Source: Octopus sinensis
Taxonomy: Eukaryota
DNA: 64,000 nucleotides
Direction: 5' to 3'
Assembly (NCBI RefSeq): GCF_006345805.1
Contig: NC_043000.1
Coordinates: forward strand, 66,526,001 to 66,590,000
In this document: positions 47,560 through 60,994 of the stretch, in pieces
Numbering within the stretch: position 1 is the first letter of the stretch
Layout: each line of letters starts with the position of its first letter
The notes under the pieces: generated by a model
Database searches by the model: none
What the model was told of the DNA's origin: nothing
Seen by the model: the letters and a program-made list of their open reading frames with translations, nothing else
Position numbers and translations under genes: made by a program

Positions 47560-48750
47560 AGATTCACTGTTGGACAATAAGTTGTAGATATTGGAAGAGT
47601 TCTTGGTTTTCAACCAACAACTGTATGAACAATTTGTAATAATTCATGTGCTCAAAGTGTTACACCATAAGCTGCTACAAAATTAACTAGGAATAGAAGC
47701 CACATAATTGAAAATCTGGATAAGATTTTAAACATATTGATAGGAGACATGCATCAGCATAATTCTCCATGTTTCCTACATGCCATACAAAGCTTTGATG
47801 ACCTAAAGACAACATAAAGTTCAAGTTGTGCAAGTGAAAACTTTATGGCAAGGCATAGTTGGTTTGAGCATTTTGTGAATCACTTGAAATTGTATCATAT
47901 ATGATAACAGGAGAGTCTGCAAGATTCTCCTGTTATCTGTATGGAAAAGCTGCAGTTGCTTCTCTAGCTTTACTGAAAAATATTATTGTGAAGGAGGATA
48001 CACCCAATAGTAAATTTTCAATGTAGGTGAGTCAGGCTTGTTTTGGAAATGATTGCCAAAATGAATTTACATTTCTAAAGCAGAAAAATCTGTATCAGGT
48101 TTCAAGGCTGCCAAAGATTGTATGATTCTTCTGTTTGGTAGTAATACTTTAGAAGATCTAAAACTGAAGCCATACTTTAGAAGATCTAAAACTGAAGCCA
48201 CTGGTTGCTTGTTATTCTGAGGTAGCTGTAGCTATGAAAGGATACTTTAAATAAACATGATGTTTGATGGTGATCAGAGAAATATGAGACTGCCAAACAG
48301 CATTCTTATATTGATTTTGTCCACTTGTCAAAGGATATTGTCAAAGTAAAGACCTTAAAAATGTAGCCTTGCTTCTTGTGGATAATGCCTCAGGTCACCC
48401 GTGTAACTTAGTTCAGTGTTTCTTAACCATTTTTTACCTATGGACCCCCTTGATTTCTATTGTATTTGGATGTACCCTCATAGCCATTTGACGTTTTAAA
48501 AGATCCTATTATATTTTTATAATTAAATATTATTAGAAATTGCATAAAAAATTAAATTATTTGTGTATTGTTGAATACTAATCAATTTATTGCACATAAC
48601 TTTTAACAACAAAATCGTATGTGGGTCTTCAAGGGTCATATTGAGAACCACTGACTTAGATGAATGCAATGGTAAATTAAGGAATAACTATTTGTGAAGC
48701 CATTTGGACATGTTACTAAATGTTTAATTATAAGAAGTTAGGACAAATAT
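47560..48750 (+). mobile_element. Tigger/pogo transposase remnant
   Basis: FMARHSWFEHF, IFNVGESGLFWK..YISKAEKSVSGFKAAKD and ALLLVDNASGHP. Confidence 0.8.
48414..48653. mobile_element. hAT-type MITE inside the Tigger remnant
   Basis: TIR CAGTGTTTCTTAA / TTGAGAACCACTG; 8-bp flanks ACTTAGTT and ACTTAGAT. Confidence 0.85.
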
Positions 48751-49002
48751 AAAATACTAGAGAGAGGCAAATATACATAAAGCAGTGCAGGAGTGAATTA
48801 CTACAAAATTTGCCAGATTCGCCAGTTTTTGTTATTGTATAGATTTTAACCGAGTGGTTGTAGAAAATGATCCGTTGATGCTGGGGAAAAATGGAGAAGT
48901 CTTTTACTTTTTGAGCCTATGCTCTTTGACAGAAAGGATTAAGAAGTAAAAATGGAGAGAGAAAAAATGTGTAGAGTTCACTGGTCCAACAATATATATA
49001 TA

Positions 49003-49310
49003 TCATTGTGATCACCGTGACTGACCAGGCTATCAAATGTTGTTACATATCGCTGGTCACAATGCACTTCGCATTGTTTTAGCCTTCAAATGACGCCACC
49101 CCGCTGACTAAGCGAGCAGGCCAACAGAAGAAAGAGTGAGAGAAAGTTATGGCGAAAGAGTACAGAAGAGATTGCCACCACCCCTGCCGAAACCTCGTGG
49201 AACTTTAGGTGTTTTTGCTCAACAAACACTCACAACGCCCGGTCTGGGAATCGAAACCACGATTCTACAACCACGAGTCCACTGCCCTAACCACTGGGCC
49301 ATTGTGCCTC

Positions 49311-49311
<1 letters not shown>
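49003..49311 (-). mobile_element. SINE family B
   Basis: Reverse complement of 10570-10880. Confidence 0.88.
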
Positions 49312-49346
<35 letters not shown>

Positions 49347-49623
49347 AATGAAAATTTTTGTATGCTTTTGATGTTCTCATTTGTAAAATGAATAAATAAT
49401 CCAACATTATAATATCCGTAATTTGATGAACAAACCAAATTTGTTTCTCCATTTTCTTATTTGTATTATAAATTTATGGTAAAAATATTTCTTTACCTTC
49501 ACCCGTTTAATACAAAAAACATTTATGTATTAAGAATTTGGGTACTTTACCAACAGTATATTGGATAAAGGATATCCCATAGTGGGTTACACCCATAACA
49601 CTTATCTTACTTTGTACTATATA

Positions 49624-49665
<42 letters not shown>

Positions 49666-49745
49666 GAGAAAATCTTAAAAAATTTTGTAAGTGGCCAGCA
49701 TATAAAAATAGATCTATTAAGGTGAAATCATATATAAATTATAAA

Positions 49746-49937
49746 TAAGGGCATAGAAGAAATCTAGCCTATATGCTGAAACGGGACACTAAATTTTCCA
49801 ACCACTTTAAATCATTAGAAAATTTGACACGTATTGAAATCGATTTCAACACTTGTCATTTTGTGATGATTTAAAGTGGTTGGACAATTTAGCGTCTCTT
49901 TTCAGCATATAGGCTTGATTTTTTTTTTATGCCCTTA
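49746..49937. repeat. 192-bp palindrome with no spacer
   Basis: Centre TTGAAATCGATTTCAA 49834-49849; arms taagggcata.../...tatgccctta. Confidence 0.93.
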
Positions 49938-50064
49938 ATTATATATATATGATGGACTCTCCTGTTGCTAGACAATGTATAAGGGTTTTGCAACTTCTTG
50001 CTGCACAATCACACAGATGATTTGCTTATAGTGACCAAATGTGTGTGTGTGTATGTATGTATAT

Positions 50065-51350
50065 CATCATCATCATCATCGTTTAACGGCCGTTCTCCAT
50101 GCTAGCATGGGTTGGACGGTTCGACCGGGGATCTGGGAAGCCAGAAGGCTGCACCAGGCTCCAGTCTTATCTGGCAATGTTTCTACAGCTGGATGCCCTT
50201 CCTAACACCAACCACTCCGTGAGTGTAGTGGGTGCTTTTTACGTGCCACCTGCACAGGTGCCAGGCGAGGCTGGCAACGGCCACGGTCGGATTGGTGTAT
50301 TTTACGTGCCACCGGCACGGAAGCCAGTCGAGGCGGAGCTGGCATCGGCCATGAGTCGGATAGTGCTTTTTACGTACCACCAGACCAGGGATCCTGGCTG
50401 GTTCAATTCGATTTCGATCTCGATTTCCCCAACATGTCTTTGCAAGAAAAGGGGGTTGGCATGGGTGCCTGTCATCGGATGAGGTTCTATATCGACTTCG
50501 CTTGCCTCTACAGGTCTTTGTGTCCAAGGGAGGAAAGGCATGCATAAGTGGGCTGGGCTCACTTGTCCTGCCTGGTCTTCTCACGCACAGCATATTTCCA
50601 AAGGTCTCGGTCGCTGGTCATTTCCTCAGTGGGGCCTAAAGTTCGAAGGTCGTGCTTCACCACCTCATCCCAGGTTTTCCTGGGTCTACCTCTTCCACGG
50701 GTTCCCTCAACTGCTAGGGATTGGCACTTTCTCACACACCTATCTTCATCCATTCTCGCCACATGACCATACCAGCGCAATCGTCTCTCTTGCACACCAC
50801 AACTGATGCTTCTTAGGTACATTTCTCTCAAGGTACTAACGCTCTGTCGAGTATGTACACTGACGTTACACATCCATCGGAGCATACTGGCTTCATTCCT
50901 CACGAGCTTACGCATGTCCTCAGCAGTCACGGCCCATGTTTCACTGCCATGTAGCATGGCTGTTCGTACACATGCATCATACAGTCTGCCTTTTACTCTG
51001 AGCGAGAGGCCTTTAGTCACCAGCAGAGGTAAGAGCTCCCTAAACTTTGCCCAGGCTATTCTTATTCTAGCAGTTACACTTTCAGCGCACCCACCCCCAC
51101 TACTGACTTGGTCACCTAGATAACGGAAGCTATCAACTACTTCTAGTTTTTTTCCCCTGGAAAGTGACGGAAGTTGTTTTCTGCAAATTTTCGGAGGTTA
51201 ATGCTCCCGAGCATCTGCCACATACAAAAACTATCTTCCCAGTTAGCCTACCTTTGACATTGCTGCACCTCTTATGTGTCCATAGCTTACACTGGGTACA
51301 TCTTATAGAGTTTCTACCTACACCTTTTCTACAGATCGAGCAGGGCCAGA
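50065..51350 (-). mobile_element. 5'-truncated RTE LINE with an intact 3' tail
   Basis: ORF 50559..51020 (RLRWYGHVARM..GRGRPRKTWDEVV); (CAT)n tail at 50065-50085. Confidence 0.94.
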
Positions 51351-51633
51351 TAGATAGATATGTGCATACATATATTTTTTTATAATTTTCATGGCTAGAT
51401 CTTCATTTTTCGTTCTGTTGCCAATATTGTTACTACTTGTTGAATATTTAGTAGAACTTTTTTTATTAACTAATTTGTATGGTATCTCTTGTAATTCAGT
51501 ACACCCGCCAACTTAACTGATCCAATTAACATTTCTTAATGTATTCAACTAGACTTGAATAGTCAAGAATCATGTTCTTCTCTTATGCTATATTTGTGTT
51601 TATATATTTTATTGCAAAAAATTTTCTTTTAAG

Positions 51634-51773
51634 ATCATGTCTTGAAGTCCTTAAGCAATATACCAACAGCTGAAGGAAAATTATCAGCACTTTCTAAGAA
51701 GTACACTGCCATGAATGAAGAAAATCGAACCCTAACTACTAATCAGAGAGTGATAGAAAGAAAACTCTTGGTG
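51634..51773 (+). CDS. TXLN: Taxilin exon (DHVLKSLSNIPTAEGKLSALSKKYTAMNEENRTLTTNQRVIERKLLV)
   Basis: ttttaag|AT acceptor, GTG|gtaggt donor; resembles the start of the taxilin coiled coil (TPEEKLAALCKKYAELLEEHR in vertebrates). Confidence 0.88.
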
Positions 51774-52593
51774 GTAGGTTTCTACATGATTTCTATTTCA
51801 TTGTCATTTTATTTCTATTTTTTCATGTTTGCTTTAGTTTGGACAGAAGTCTTCGTCATCATAGCATATTGCCATCTGCTGTGGTTCATCATCATTTCTT
51901 AGCATTTTGAGATCAGATTTCACATCTTCCTTCGCATTTTTCTTCTGCAGGTTTCTTTCCTTGGATCACCTGACACTTCTTTAACTAACCGTTAACCTTC
52001 ATACACATCACTTGCCAATATTGGCACATTCTTCTTTCTTGCACACAACAGTTGATTCCATTTACTCCCAGTTTTTCTCTCAACTCATTTCAATCATGTA
52101 CACCAACATTACATGTCAAACAGAGCATGCTCATCTTGTTTCTTTCCAGCCTTTGCTCATCCTCCACTTTTAATTCTCAAGTTTTATTACCATTCAATAT
52201 CACACTTATTACAAGCTTTATGTAATCAGCCATTCACTTGGAGAAAAAAATCCTTTTATCATTATCAGAAATATTTCCTGATCTTTTTCCATTACTTTGG
52301 TTACTATACCTTGCAACACTTACCTTCACTGTTTATTAGATAACCTAGCTAACAGAAGCAGTTAACTATTTCCAGGCAGCGAGTTAGCAGAGTTGTTAGC
52401 ATGCTGGGCAAAAAGCTTAGTGGTATTTCATCTGTACTTACATTCTGAGTTAAAATTCTGTTGAGGCCAACTTTGCCCTTCAGCCTTTTGGGGGTTGATA
52501 AATTAAGAATCAGTTGAGCACAATGTCAAGCCGAGCAGACTAAAGCATACATACATTTACACATGCACATACATACGTATAAACAGCTATATA

Positions 52594-53770
52594 CAGGGGT
52601 TGGACAAAATAATGGAAACACCTTAACATTTCAAACAAATTTACTTTAATATGGTGTAGGACTGCCTTTGGCAGTAATTACAGCTTGAATTCTATGAGGT
52701 ATTGACTTGTACAAAGTCTGAATAGTTTCCAAAGGAATTTTCCATTCTTCGGCTGAAACAGTCTCCAGTTCTTGTAGTGATGATGGTGGAGGATATCGAC
52801 TCCTTACTCGTTTTTCTAAAATGTACCATAAATGTTCAATAATATTGAGATCTGGGGACTGTGGTGGCCAGATAAGATGTTCAACTTCACTAGAATGTTC
52901 CTCATACCATTCAGTAACAACTTTAGCTGTGTGAATTGGTGCATTATCATCCTGACAGATTGTGTTTCCTTCTGGAAAAAGTTCTGCAACCATAGGATGA
53001 ATTTGATTAGATAAAATGCTTAAATAGTCTTGACTATTAATTCTGCCATGAACAGAAACCATTGGGCTGGCAGATTTCCAAGATATAGCCACCCAGATCA
53101 TCACAGTTCCTCCTCCATGTTTAACAGTTGGAAGAAGGCAGTCTGGGTCATGGCTGTCTCCACACATATATTTGACTGGTGGTCAGAAATAAGGTAAAGG
53201 ATAACTCGTCCAAGAAAATAACATTCTTCTACTGCTCTAGGGACCAATTCTGTAAATGCTTTACAATGTTTGTTTTTGAAAGTAGTGGTTTTCTGATTGC
53301 AGCCCTCCTATGAAATCCGGCTCTGCAGTAATTTTGGGAGCTGTACTTTTGTAATCCTTTCTAACAATTCAAGCAAGAATCTGATAGTCCCTATTTGAAA
53401 GTTTTGGTTTTCTTCAGGAGTTTTGTTTTGACGAGGAGGTTTTTCCTTCTTTCTCAAAAGTTGTGGTTACTTTCGAGACAGTACTTCTTGATACACCAAA
53501 CATTTTGGCTGTTTTTGTTACACTAGCACCTGCCATACAAGCACCAAAAATTTGACCTCTTTGAAAGTCCAGAGATCTGTCATTTTAATGAATTTTAATT
53601 ACCTTTTTCTGATGATATCTGAAAAGAAACAGCAATTTTAGCAAAACATATTAAGCAACACTAATAATAAATAAAAAAAAGCATAAAAATAAACCAGCTT
53701 TTGATGGTTTTAAAGATATTTCAAAATTATGATGCTAGGTGTTTCCATTATTTTGGATGTCCAACCACTG
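52594..53770 (-). mobile_element. Tc1-like transposon, DD36E spacing, frameshifted
   Basis: TA flanks at 52592-93 and 53771-72; TIR CAGGGGTTGGACAAAATAATGGAAACACC; VIFLDE motif plus ORF 52646..53167 with QDDNAPIH...SPDLNIIE. Confidence 0.93.
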
Positions 53771-54077
53771 TATGTATGAAGGATTTCATTTTAGTTCCAT
53801 CTAAATCCACTTACTTGGCTTTGGTTAGCCTGAGGCTATAGTAGAAGACATATACCCAAGGTGCCATGCAGTGGGATTGAACTCAAAACCAAGTGGTTGG
53901 GAAGTAAACTTCTTAACCACTCAACCATATCTATGCCTGTTAATCATGAAAAATCAAATGAAAAGGAAAAGCAACAACAACTCAATTATTGATTTTATTT
54001 CAGTAGAATATTTCATAAAGTTTATTTGTAATTCATGAAATTGTAAATAAATATAATTATTTTTATTGTTATTTTAG

Positions 54078-54188
54078 TTATCCAGACAAAAGGATCAGCT
54101 TCAACTTGAGAACAACAAATCTTTGATGGCTAAAAGTCGATTAGAAAGTTTATGTCGTGAGCTTCAAAAACACAATCGAATCATTAAG
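54078..54188 (+). CDS. TXLN: Taxilin exon (LSRQKDQLQLENNKSLMAKSRLESLCRELQKHNRIIK)
   Basis: AG/GT boundaries, 111 nt; conserved KLESLCRELQ-type motif. Confidence 0.95.
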
Positions 54189-55281
54189 GTATTTATCATC
54201 ATTATTATTATTATTATTATTAAAGTGGTTAGCTGGCAGAATTGTTAGCATGCTGAGCGAAATGCTTTGTGGCATTTCGTCCATCTTTACATTCTGAGTT
54301 CAAATTCCACCAAGGTCGACTTTGCCTTTCATCCTTTCAGGGTTGATAAATTAAGTACCAGTCAAGTACTGGGGTTGGTGTGAATGTTAGCATGCTGTTG
54401 TGGCATTTTGTTCTGATTATCATCCTAATTTGTTTCTGAAACATATACTTCACAAAAATCATTCTAAAGCTGAATAGATTTGTATTTATAAGTTATTTTC
54501 AAAATTTTATTGATAAATATTTTGAATGTGAGGGCATGTGGCCTAGTAGTTAGGGTGTTACTCCTATGATAGTAAGATTGTGGGTTTCAGTTCCCAGACC
54601 AGGCAGTGCATTGTATAGACTAATGCACTTCATATCATGTTGTTCCAGTCCACTCAGCTGCAAATGAGTTCAATTATAGTGAGGAAGTTAAACCTTTAAC
54701 GGACGTGCATCCCATTCAGTCAGGTGTGTTGTAATCTTAGAGACTTATATGCCATAGAACTAGGTTAAGCTCCAGCTTCACGAGTCCTAGGACTTGTGGC
54801 ATACCTAGATAACTGATGTTTCCTGTTAACATAATCTTCTGAATTTGAAAGGTGTATCTTTTATTCCTGTGGTAATTCCAGGGACTGTTCTTGTGTTCAT
54901 ATTCTTTATTAGTTCTGTATTTAGATCATCTGTTTTTGTTTAAAAAGAAAAAATTGATCTCAATCTCTTTTACTGAAATGTTTGTCATCATTTCCTTTCA
55001 TTATGATATAATGGGCCACTTGTGTCTTCTTATTTGTGTGTACTTGCATATCCTTAGGATCACATCACTTTCTTTCTGCAACTGTTGTAAGTTTTTACTG
55101 TTTTTTGGCAGTTGGGGTCTTCATTTTGTTACATTTTCTACTGAAAGCAGGTAGTCTTCTTATCATGTCTCCCGATGTTTTCTGAGGTGGTCAGTATAGT
55201 GTATCCACTAATAATGTGACTGATATCGTATTAAACTAACTATGTATGCTGTGTTAAAGTTTGATATGATATTTTAGTATA

Positions 55282-55553
55282 TTGTGTCTGGGGAGAGTCA
55301 TTCTGTTTTAGTGCCTTATTAATCAGCTCACTGACCAGTTCAATTTCCATTTATTTATTTACTTTTTTTTTGTAAAATTTTCATTGTTTCTTGAAACCTC
55401 TTCAGTAGTTGACTCTCTGAGAGTCAACAACTATTGAAGAGTTTGCAAGAAGCCATGAAAATTTTCAATAAAAAAAAAAAGTAAATGAGTAAAAACTGAA
55501 CCAGTGAGTGTGTTATTAAGGTATTAAAACAGAATGACTCTCCCCAGACACAA
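55282..55553. repeat. 272-bp palindrome of a dispersed repeat
   Basis: Centre GTTGACTCTCTGAGAGTCAAC; a single-arm copy lies at about 4105-4230. Confidence 0.9.
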
Positions 55554-56919
55554 CAAAATATGCTTCAACACACGAATTCACATAAAGAATCTTGCAAACC
55601 AAATACAAAAACGAAATTTTAGTATATATTTTTGATATATTCTGGCTGTTACTGGGCAGAAAAGATCAAGCTTTCTGTTTCCTTTTCTGTTGAGAGCCTT
55701 GGAAATGGGTGTACCTCAGTTACATAGATTTTCCTTTGACAGGTTTTAATTTCCATGTATTCATTCATTGTTTTGCTTTTCTTTTTCCTTTACTTCTTTG
55801 GTTATGGTTGTACTTTCAGTTTTGACATATAACTACTTAAAATAGTGAGTTTTTTTATTTGTAATGTTGAGTGACCAAGCACTCTTCTCCTATGAGAAAA
55901 TATATAGATCTCCTATAGAACAGATAATTTTCAGAAGGGGCTTGTATAGCTGTAGAAATCAGTTAGTATGTACACCACCTTAGAAGACTGCTGGCAGAAA
56001 AAAAAAAGAACCTACATTTTCTCAAGTTCATTTGAAAACAAGTCTGTCATAAGGATTACAGGGTTTACAAAATCTAGCAAATCTAGATGAACATTTCTTT
56101 CAAATTTTGTTAAAGAATTGTTTTTCCCTGTGCCAGCCATTCTGGTACATGTGTAAGACATGTTGATGTTTATCAAGAACTTTTGAATATGTTCATTCTG
56201 TTGCATTTCCCAATTTCTTTTCCCCTCCTTAGCTTCTATATCAATAGCTGTTCAATTCTCTATTAGAACATGGTTTTTTGTTCTTTGTTGTAGGGGACTC
56301 TATAATTTCAATTCTCTGTAAATATTCACTTTATCTTTTTGGAAACTTTATTTGAGTTGATTAATTCTTGTATGTTGGTGGTTCTCAGTCTTTTTGACAT
56401 TGTAGTGCACTGGAAATTAAATATAAAATTATTGGTACACTTTGTTTTTTTTCTTTCTCTGACTAGGATACACAAGCACTTTTACACACACATATACATA
56501 TGATGGATTTTTAGTTTCCTCTTACTAAATTTGCTTATTAGGCTTTGGTCAGCCCAAGACTACAGTAGAAGACACTAGTTTAGGGTACTGCACATTATAT
56601 GGAAAGTTAAAAGAACAAATGTTTTAAAGTGGGAAATAAAAAAAAAAAATTAAAAACCTTGTTTTATTTATCATATATATATATGTATAACAAAATTGTG
56701 AATCTCATTTTCCAAGCTATTCAAGCATTAGTATAGATTTTCTAATGCTTTAAATTGTATTTCGAAAAACCTGCATCATACATAGATACTACTTGCAGTA
56801 CACTGTTTGAGAATCCCTGCTCTACAGTTTAGGTTTTCTGTATTGAATTAATGTTATTTTACTGAATTTCTGTTTGTCAATAATTTTAAGGATAGCATTA
56901 GATAATATTTCTGAAATAT

Positions 56920-57575
56920 GACCTTTGAACGTTGGGCCTCATGGAGGTGATGATGAGTGACCGAGACCTTTGCAGATATGCTGTGCTCAAGAAAACCTGG
57001 CAAGCCAAGTAACTGGCCTATGCCAGTGCGGCATAACTGGCCCATTTAAAAGTACCTTTCAATCATTGGATAATAAACTGTGCTTGCAAAGACCTGTTGA
57101 GTCAAGTGAAGTCATTGTCGTGGCCGATGCCAGTACTGCTTGACTGGCACCTGTGCCGGTGGCATGTAAAAAAGCACCATTCGAGTGTGGTTGATGCCAG
57201 TGCTGCCTGACTGGTTCTGTGCCGGTGGCATGTAAAAAGCACCATTTGAGCATGGTTGACACCAGTGCCACCTGACTGGCTCCCGTGCCAGTGACACTGG
57301 CAACGACCATGATCGAATGGTACTTTTTACATAAAAAGCACCATTCAAGCATGGTCAATACCAGTATCGCCTGACTAGCCCTTGTGCTGGTGGCATGTAA
57401 AAAGCATCTACTACACTCTCGGAGTGGTTGGCTTTAGGAAGGGTATCCAGCTGTAGAAATCTTGCCAGATCAGATTGGTGCCTGGTACAGCCTTCTGGCT
57501 TGCCAGTCCTCAATCAAACTGTCCAACCCATGCTAGCATGGAAGGTGGACGTTAAATGACGATAATGATGATGAT
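56920..57575 (+). mobile_element. RTE 3' end with several internal gtaaaaagcacc units and a (GAT)-type tail
   Basis: Matches the tails of the other copies; ends ggacgttaaatgacgataatgatgatg. Confidence 0.88.
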
Positions 57576-58696
57576 ATTATTTTCTCTTTTGTTTATTTCA
57601 CATGGAATATTTTGCTTTGAGCCTGGTTCTTTTTGTTGCATTCTCTCTTAATATATTAAATGTTGATAGCTACAACTTTGTTATTATACATTTTGTAATG
57701 CTCATTAATTAGTTTGTACCTGTTATAACTATATCTTTATAATTATTTCTATTATGTGATTATTTTGCCTGATAGTCTCTTACATTTCTTACTATATGAT
57801 ATGATCCCATATTAGTTTGCCATCTGTCTTCAATTTGTGTCAGTTTTATAGTTGATAGCTTGCATTAGACATTTACTTTCATTAGGCATTTTACCTTGTT
57901 GTTACTTGGCAGTGCTAGTGATAGATTTTTTTAATCATAAATTTTCTTTAGCATTTCTCTTTTAATACTTTCCTGTTCAGCTAAGAGTATTTGATACTTT
58001 TAGTATCAAACAAAATATCTTTGATATTTATTTATTTTCATGTTATCTTCTAAGTGTCTTACCAAAAAGAATTTAGCTTTGTTTTTTAATGTCTGAATTT
58101 GCTAAAATAAATATTTTTCAGGTACTGAATTCAATTCAATCAATTATAACCTTTCTTTTCAAAATTTGGAGAGTTATGTTAAAAGTAGAAGAGATTATTA
58201 TGAACATTAAAATGATGCATAGCAGAATCAGTAGAGCACTATTCAAAATGCTTGGTAGTATTTATTTATATATTCCAGTCACACTGGGATAGACTTAGCC
58301 TTTCATCTTTCTAGGATTGATAAAATAAGTATCTGTGTTGTGTGTGTGTGTGTGTGAGGTAATCTAATCACAGTTTGTGACTTTGTGCTTTTATTAAAAA
58401 TAATTTATTATTGTGTTATTATTTAGGTAGTGGAGGACAGAATCAGTAGAATGCTGGATGAGATACCTTACAACTGTGATCCTATATATTCTGCATCCAA
58501 ATACTACCAGAGTGAACTTTGCTGTTCATTCTTTCTTGGTTGAAAAGTACTTGTTAAGATTTGCAATCAGTTTGACTGTCCTCTTCTTCATTTGTGACCT
58601 GTTTTTGTTAGAAATCACCATTATTATTTTTTTCATTAAAATAATACTCTTTATATTGAATGTAATAATAAAATTGTACAATTCATATCATTAAAG

Positions 58697-58762
58697 GAAG
58701 AAAGTTTAGCTCGTGCTAAAGAAGAAGATGAGAAACGGAAAGAAATATCTTCGAAATTTCAG
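58697..58762 (+). CDS. TXLN: Taxilin exon (EESLARAKEEDEKRKEISSKFQ)
   Basis: AG/GT boundaries, 66 nt; matches the EE..RAREEEEKRKE...FQ motif. Confidence 0.95.
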
Positions 58763-59939
58763 GTAATGCAATTTCAATTTGGTGTTATGTCTTACTTAAT
58801 TTAGAGAGTAGCAGGGTTGATACAAAGTATACCTGTTTATATTTTTATCACACAGTTTTGTCATGAAGAAAGGGTTGTCATTATGTATAAACTATTACAT
58901 ACAAAATGAGAGTTTCAGTCAGCACCCATTCTCTTTGTCCACTTTTCTCACTGAAACGTTAACATTTTCTAAGTTGATATTGAAAATCTATTTGAATTGT
59001 AAGTCTTAAGTAAGAATAGATAACTTAAATGCTTTTATGAGTTTTTAATTTTTAAAGAACTTTTCTTAATTTCTGTTTACAATTTCAATATGCACAGACA
59101 TGGTCGTAGGTAACTAGCTGTTCTCACAACCACGTGGTTCTGAGTTTGATTCCTTATAGTATTTTGATCCAGCTTGGTTATCTACCCTCACTCCTGGTTG
59201 ACTGCTGCCTTTCATTGATACAAGGTTGATACAAAGTAAATACCAAAAGTACTTTATTCAACAGTTATTTATTAAAAAATCTTTGAAGGTGGTTTGCCAG
59301 CATAGTCATAGTCCAAAGACTGAAACCAGCAATGACTATTTTGTTGAAAGAACACTTAAAATTTTCATATGTATTTTGGGCAAGTTTGGTTTAAATTAAG
59401 ATAAAATTCAGTGTCTCAATTCATGGCTAATTTAGGTAATTTGTTGTGACTTTTCTGTCTTTGATTTTGAGATTTATGAGCTTATTTCCATGGACCTTAC
59501 TCTCTTATAATTTGTTTCCAGGACATATGTCATTAATGATTAACATTAAAAAAAATGTAATAAAAGCATTCTGCTGGATTCTTTACTTTAGCTAGTTTAA
59601 TACTGCACTGTTTTTGTTTTCAGTCCCAATGTAATTAGTTTTGTAACTCATCAGGGTAATTAAAATAAATATCAGTAGGATTTGTAAAAGTCATTTTAAT
59701 TGCCCTAAAAACTTGCATTGTGTCTAGAAAACAAAATGGTAGTAATAATTCAGTAACCAAAACAGTCAATTATATAATGATTTGGGACGTTAATTATTAA
59801 AATGAAATTCAGATATGTTGTTTTAACTAGATTTAAAGTTTTAGCTTTTTAGTTAAAAAGAGGTTTACTGGTAAACAGTTTTACATCAGAATGATTTGAT
59901 TTACTATAATGAAACAATATTTTATTCATCTGATTGCAG

Positions 59940-60068
59940 ACAACCATTAATGATATTCAAGCTCAGATGGTAGACAACCACAATCGTAATATGAAACTGA
60001 GGGAAGAGAATACAGAATTGGCAACAAAGCTAAAGAACTTTCTTGAGCAATATGAACAAAGAGAAAAG
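59940..60068 (+). CDS. TXLN: Taxilin exon (TTINDIQAQMVDNHNRNMKLREENTELATKLKNFLEQYEQREK)
   Basis: ttgcag| acceptor, AAG|gtaaat donor, 129 nt. Confidence 0.95.
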
Positions 60069-60994
60069 GTAAATTGGTAATCAGCTTTCCTATCAATATT
60101 GTTATATCTATTGTTGTTTATGCCTAGGTTTACTGTGATCAAGGAGACTTACAACAAAAGGTATTCCTGCCTTGATTATCCTGTTCCTTTTACTTTTGTG
60201 CACAAAGAAAAGGACGATATTCTCCAATATCTCCTTTTCTAAGATGTTGGGGTGTGATTTGAGGGAATTTGACTTATCTGAAAGGTTGTTTCTGAAGTCT
60301 TTTATATTCTATGATTTATTGTATACACAGCACCAGTAGATAAGACATTTTTTTTTATGCTTCTAATATTTTGTCTTTGACTTGTTCATTAGTTACTTGT
60401 TGCTTTTCATAACTATTTCTGCAATTTCACTTGTAGTTGACTTTATGTAAATAAAGGAATGAAAAGAAAAAAAAAATCTCTAGCTGAAATAATCTCAATA
60501 TTTATTAATATAATGTAGCAAAGTTTCAGGATCATAGATATCATAACAATGTGCTTTTATAATAATCTATGCCCAGAAGAAATGGATCAACCTATGCTTT
60601 TATATTACCATTTCTGTTTGACTGATAAGATATGCTGCAGCAAATAGACATTAAGATTGCAGCCAGCTGAGGATTGCTCATGTAACATGCACCAAAATAA
60701 CAGCTGACAGCCAGCTGATAGAGGATTGCTCATATGCTTTGATCACATGGAAGTTTTTTTGTGTGAGGCATCAGTGATCAGCATATATTTGTTTACAATA
60801 CTGATATTCATAATAACTGAGTAGGGATGAGACTGGCCTATATAATACATTGTCATTATCAATCTCAGAGAGAGGTTGAATAGATAAGTGACATGTGGTT
60901 TCTCATGCCTATTTTTTGAGTAAAATATAATGGCTATGATACAGTACCGCCCTGCATTTCCATAAGCCCTCATTGCAGAATGAGCTGCCTTTTG

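Noticed and set aside
59595-59665. Minus-strand CTGATGA...GAAA hammerhead candidate
   Set aside because: Stem II and stem III do not pair convincingly.
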